Program-made: the position numbers and the translations under genes
Part shown: positions 56,001 to 62,000 of the stretch, piece after piece
How the letters are laid out: every line of letters begins with the position of its first letter
How positions within the stretch are numbered: position 1 is the first letter of the stretch
Notes under the pieces: model-generated
Database searches by the model: none
Seen by the model: only the letters and a program-made list of their open reading frames with translations
Told to the model about the DNA's origin: nothing
Source of the DNA: Dehalococcoidia bacterium
GTDB lineage: Bacteria; Chloroflexota; Dehalococcoidia; Lucifugimonadales; JAGWBF01
NCBI GenBank assembly: GCA_965224415.1
Contig: CBDCZB010000005.1
Coordinates: 565,846 to 629,845 of the forward strand
DNA length: 64,000 bases
Reading direction: 5' to 3'

Positions 56001-59000
56001 CCCTCCGCCACCGTTTGCCCGCCCCCGTTCACCAGGTTGTAGCCGGTGACGGTCCCCCTCTTCGTCGGTTTCGCGTCGGCGTAGGCCGAATCTTCCTCCC
56101 AGGCCAGCTTGTATTGGATGCCGTAGCCGGTAATGGCGGAAGAACCCTCCGTCGGCGCCGTCCAGGTGACCCGGAAGGAAGTCTCCTCAACGTTGATTAT
56201 CTCCGGCGTGTCCGGCTGGCCCGGCGGCGTATCCGCCACGTCGGTCACCGTGATGGTCACGGAGATGCTGTCCGCCAGCCCGCCGCCGTCGGTAGCGGTT
56301 ACCGTCACCGTGTAGGAGTCCTTGGACTCGTAGTCCAAAGCCCCGCTGGTCTGCAACTGGCCGCTGTTGGAATCTATCGTAAAGTGGAGGTCATCTGTCG
56401 TCGTACCCAGGGTGTAGGTCAAGGTGTCTCCGGCGTCCGGGTCGGTGGCCGTGGGGGAGTTGGCGATGGCCGTGTTGGCGGCGGTGTTTTCCGCCACGCT
56501 GACCGTTGCGCTGGCGGCGGCGAAGGACGGCGGGTTGTTGGACGCCACCGCGCTGGCGGTGACCACGATGGCCTCCTCGGACCAGGGCCACCAGCCCTTG
56601 GCGTGTCTCGCCCGCACCCGCACTGTGTAGGACGTGCCCTCGGCTACGGTTTGCCGGTCCCGGTTCACCAGGTGGTAGCCGGTGACCGTACCCGTGGGCG
56701 TCGGCTTAACGTCGGCGTAGGCGGAATCTTCCTCCGAGGTCAGCTTGTATTGGATGCCGTAGCCGGCTATGGCGGTAGAACCCGTCTCCGGCGCCGTCCA
56801 GGTGATATAGAAGGAAGTCTCCTCAACGTTGATTATCTCCGGCGTGCCCGGCTGGCCCGGAAGCCTGCCCGCCACGGCATCTCTCGGCACTCGTTGGGCG
56901 GCTTGGGTCACGCTAATGTTTACGACAAGCCAATCTGCCCCGTTCCTTTCATTGAACGCAGCCACCCTTATTTGGTAGGTGTTACGGGCCTCGTAATACA
57001 AGGGGTCTTTGGCCTTAATCTGACCAGTATTGGGGTCGATGACGAAATGCCTCCCGTCCTCGCCGTTGAGGGCGTAGGTGATGGGGTTGCCGTCAGGCTC
57101 GGTTGCCGGCAAGGGGCCGCCGATGTTTGTGTCGGGCGGAGACTTCTCGGCCACGCTGAAGTTGCGCGGGGTGGGGTCATTGAACGCGGGAGAGCGCCGC
57201 CCAGGGTCCTGATTGCCGAATTCCTCCACCGTGGCGATGCCGTCCCCGTTCCAGTCCACCTTCAGTGCCGGGTAGTCGCTGCTGGTTCCAAAGTCCCACG
57301 GGTCTACCCTTTTGTGAATCTGGTTCCAGTTGGCGTAGATACCGGTGTAGCCGGTGGGCTCTCGCAGAGAGGCGGTGTCATAGCCGATACCCGCGCCGCT
57401 GCGCGTGCCGCCGGTCTGGTAATCCCAATAGCTGTTGGTTATATGCCCCTCTGCGTCGGAATAGCTGTTTATCTCAACGAGTCCGACTCCACGGTTGTCG
57501 GCGAACACCGGGCCGGTGGAGTAGCTGCTTCTGATTCTCCCCAACCAGTTGTAAAAGTCGGGTCGGTTCGAATATTGACTGAAGCTAGTCAGTCCGCCCG
57601 CATTTCGGGCTGCGAACACTGCGCCGGTGGCATAGCTGGAATATATATGACCTCCGTTAAAGCCCACAAGCCCGCCGGCGAAACTCCCCGAGGCCCGCAC
57701 GTTGACGGCAGCGTAAGTCTCCTTCATCGTGGCGCTCGTGAGGGACCCCACCAGTCCGCCCACATTGGTTCTGCCGCTGATCTCGCCGGTGGCGTAGCTG
57801 GATGAAATTATACTCCGCGCCGAGCCCACCAAGGCGCCTACTGTTGCGTCGCCTACAACCGTCACGTTCTCCAAGCCTACATTTTTCAACATGCCACTGT
57901 TGGTGGCGCTGAACAGCCCCATATTATTTTCGGCAGGGCGGTTGATGAAAAGGTTGGAGATGGTGTTGCCGTTACCATCGAATCTGAATTTGACCATGTT
58001 TTTGTCATGCCTGTACGGCACCCCGGGCTTGAAGGGGCCGCCGATGGGGTCCCAGCCTGCGCCGCCGTTCCAGTAGGCGCCGTCCGCGCTGGTAATCTGA
58101 TTGTCACCGTCCTCGTCAAAGTTCAAGTCCGCGACCAGCTCATAGCCCCGGCAGTCGGCAACGCCATCGCCGTCGATGTCGGGGCAGCCCATGCCCGGCA
58201 TCGCATTGGGAAAGGCAGCGTCATAGCTGGGCTGGTCGGCGCTGTCGTCCGCCGCGCCGTCTCCGTTCAGGTCCCAGCGGGTGGCGTTCAACCGCGCCAG
58301 ATTCGCCAACTCAATGAGTTTGTCGTCGTCAATGTCGTAGTCCACCATAGCCGACGCCTGTCTCACGCCCCTTACCCTGACGGTCACGTCTATCGTGTCG
58401 TCGAATGAGTCGTCGGCGTCGCCGTTGGCGTCTTTGCCGTCGCTTACGCTCACCACAATGCTGTAGGAGTCCGTGGTCCCGTCGTCCGGCGCCGCCCTCC
58501 TGGCCCTCCTGGCCCTCTTGGTGGGGAGGTCTACGACACCATTGGTCTTGAGCTGCCCCGTGCCGGCGACGATGACGAAGTGCGCGGCGTCGGCTCCGTC
58601 GATGGTGTAGGTCAGGGTGTCGCCCTCCGGGTCGATGGCGGCGATAGGGTCGCCGATGTCCGTGGCCGGGGCGGTGTTCTCCGCCACCTCCAGCGTCTTG
58701 GCCGAATCGGCGAAGCTCGGCGGTTCGTTCACATCGGTCACGTTGATGGTCACCGCGATGTCAGCCAAGAGGCCGCTGGGGTCCTCGGCCGTCACCGTCA
58801 CCGCGTAGCTGGCCTTGTTTTCGTGGTTCAGCGCCCCACTGGTCTTGAGCTGCCCGCTGCTGGCGACGATGGCGAAGTGACCCGAGTCGGTTCCGCCCAG
58901 CGCGTACTCCAGCGTGTCCCCGTCGGGGTCGGTGGCGGTCACTGCGCTGCCGATGTCCGTGGCCGGCGCCGTGTTCTCGTCCACCTCCAGGGTCACACCG

Positions 59001-62000
59001 GAGCCGGTATAGAACGGTGCCTCGTTCACGCCGGTCACGTTGATGGTCACCGCGATAGTGTCCGTGAGGCCGCTGGGGTCCGCGGCGGTGACGGTCACCG
59101 AGTAGCTGTCCTTGGTCTCGTGGTCCAGGTCGCCCTTGGTCTTGAGCTGGCCGGTCTTGGAATCGATGGCGAAGTTGGCGTCGTCCCCCCCGCTGCCCAG
59201 GGAGTATTCCAGCGTGTCCCCGTCCGGGTCGGTGGCCGTCAGCGGCTTGCCGATGTTGGTGGCCGACGCGGTGTTCTCGTCCACGCTGAAGGTCTTGGAC
59301 GAGTCGGTGTACACCGGCGCCCGGTTAGGCTGGCCCGGCACTCCCAGGACCGGCCCGGCCCAGACCCCGTCTCCCTCGTCGTTCACACCCCGCACCCGCA
59401 CCTGGTAGTGCTCCCCCGCCGTCAGGCTGCCGATATTCGCGCTGGCCGTCGTGTCGCTGTGGGGCACGTCCGTCCAGACGCCCCAGACCTCGGAGACGGA
59501 GTCGGCGGCGCTGGTGCGCAGGCGATGCTCCACGTCGTAGCCGGTCAGCACCGGCTTGCCCGTCATCACCGGCGCCGTCCAGGTGACGGTCAGCCCGTTG
59601 GCCGTGGAACTCACCGCCAGATCGGCGGGCGCGTCCGGCGGCTCGGCCACGTCGGTGACGTTGACCGTCAGGGTGACGGCGTCGTCCCAGTCCGTGTCGG
59701 CCTTGCCCGCGCCGTCCTTGCTGTCCCGCACCTCGATCACCAGGGTGTAGCTGTTCCTGGCGGCCTCGAAGTCCGGGGCCGCCTTGAAGGTGAGGACCCC
59801 GGCGCCGGTCATGGTGAACAACGCGTGGTCGTTGGTGGCCGGAGCGGATACCGCCGCCGCCGTGTCCAGCCGGTAGGTCAGGTCGTCCCCATCCGGGTCG
59901 GTCGCGTCCGGCGTGGCCACCGCCGTCTGGTTCTCCGCCGCGTTCACCGACGCGCTGGCGCCGTCGTCGAAGCTGGGCGCCTCGTTCAGGTCGTTCACGT
60001 TGATGGTGAGGATGATGGAGTCGTCCCAGTCCGTGTCGCCGTCGCCGTTCACGTCCTTGCTGTCCCGCACCTCGATCACCAGGGTGTAGGTGTTCTTGGC
60101 GGCCTCGAAGTCCGGCGCCGCCTTGAAGGTCAGGACGCCGGCGCCGGTCATGGTGAACAACGCGTGGTCGTTGGTGGCCGGAGCGGATACCATCGCGGCG
60201 GTGTCCAGCCGGTAGGTGAGATCGTCCCCGTCCAAGTCGGTGACGTCCGGCGTGGCCACCGCCGTCTGGTTCTCCGCTGCGTTCACCGACGCGGTCTCCC
60301 CGTCGTCGAAGGTCGGGGCCCGGTTGGGCTGCTCCGGCACCCCTTCCTCCGGCCCGGCCCACTCCCCGTTCCCCTCGGCGTTGACCGCCCGCACCCGCAC
60401 CTGGTAGGTGGCCTCCGGCGTCAGCCCGGTGATGCTGGCGCTGGCCGCCGTGCCGGTGTGGGACGCGTCGGTCCACGCCCCCCAGACCGGGGTGACGGCG
60501 CCGGCGGCGCTGGTGCGCAGCCGCTGCTCCACGTCGTAGCCCGTCAGCGGCGGCTTCCCCGTCATCACCGGCGCCGTCCAGGTCACCGTCAGCCCGTTGG
60601 CCGTGGAACTCACCGCCAGATCGGCGGGCGCGTCCGGCGGCTCGGCCACGTCGGTGACGTTGACCGTCAGGGTGACGGCGGCGTCCCAGTCCGTGTCGGC
60701 CTTGCCCGCGCCGTCCTTGCTGTCCCGCACCTCGATGACCAGGGTGTAGGTGTTCTTGGCCGCCTCGAAGTCCGGGGCCGCCTTGAAGGTGAGGACGCCG
60801 GCGCCGGTCATGGTGAACGACGCGTGGTCGTTGGAGACCCCGGGATCGGTGAAGGCCGCCGCCGTGTCCAGCCGGTAGGTGAGATCGTCCTTCTCCGGGT
60901 CGGTCACCTCCGGCGTGGCCACCGCCGTCTGGTTCTCCGCTGCGTTGACCGACGCCGTCTCCCCGGCGTCGAAGCTGGGCGCTTCGTTCAGGTCGTTGAC
61001 CTCTATGGTCACCGCGATGGTGTCCGTCAGCGTCCCGTCGCTGGCGGTGACCACCACCGAGTAGCTGGCCTTCTTCTCGTGGTCCAGCGCCCCCTTGGTC
61101 TGCAGCTGGCCGCTGCCGGCCACGATGGCGAAGTGGGCCGAGCCGGTCCCGCCCAGGGAGTAGGTCAGGGAGTCCCCGTCCAGGTCGGTGGCCGCCGGCG
61201 AGTCGTCGATGTCTGCGCCCGATGCCGTGTTCTCGTCCACGTCCAGCGTCACGCTGTCGCTGGGGAAGGCCGGCGCCCGGTTGGGGTGGCCCGGCGCGCC
61301 GCTGGCGGACGTCCAGCCGCTCTCCCCCTCGGCGTTGACCGCCCGCACCCGCACCTGGTAGACCGCCTCCGGCGTCAGCCCCGTGATGCTGGAACTGGCC
61401 GCCGTGCCGGTGTGGGACGCGTCGGTCCACGCCCCCCAGACCGGGGTGACGGCGCCGGCGGCGCTGGTCCGCAGCCGCTGCTCCACGTCGTAGCCCGTCA
61501 GCGGCGGCTTGCCCGTCATCACCGGCGCCGTCCAGGTCACCGTCAGCCCGTTGGCCGTGGAACTCACCGCCAGATCGGCGGGCGCGTCCGGCGGCTCGGC
61601 CACGTCGGTGACGTTGACCGTCAGGGTGACGGCGTCGTCCCAGACCGTGTCGGCCTTGCCCGCGCCGTCCTTGCTGTCCCGCACCTCGATCACCAGGGTG
61701 TAGCTGTTCTTGGCGGCCTCGAAGTCCGGGGCCGCGTTGAAGGTCAGGACCCCGGCGCCGGTCATGGTGAAGGAAGCGTGGTCGTTGGTCGCCGGAGAGG
61801 ATACCACCGCCGCCGTGTCCAGCCGGTAGGTGAGATCGTCCTTCTCCGGGTCGGTCACCTTCGGCGTGGCCACCGCCGTCTGGTTCTCCGCCGCGTTGAC
61901 CGACGCGGTCTCCCCGTCGTCGAAGCTGGGCGCCTCGTTCAGGTCGTTGACCTCTATGGTCACCGCGATGGTGTCCGTCAGCGTCCCGTCGCTGGCGGTG

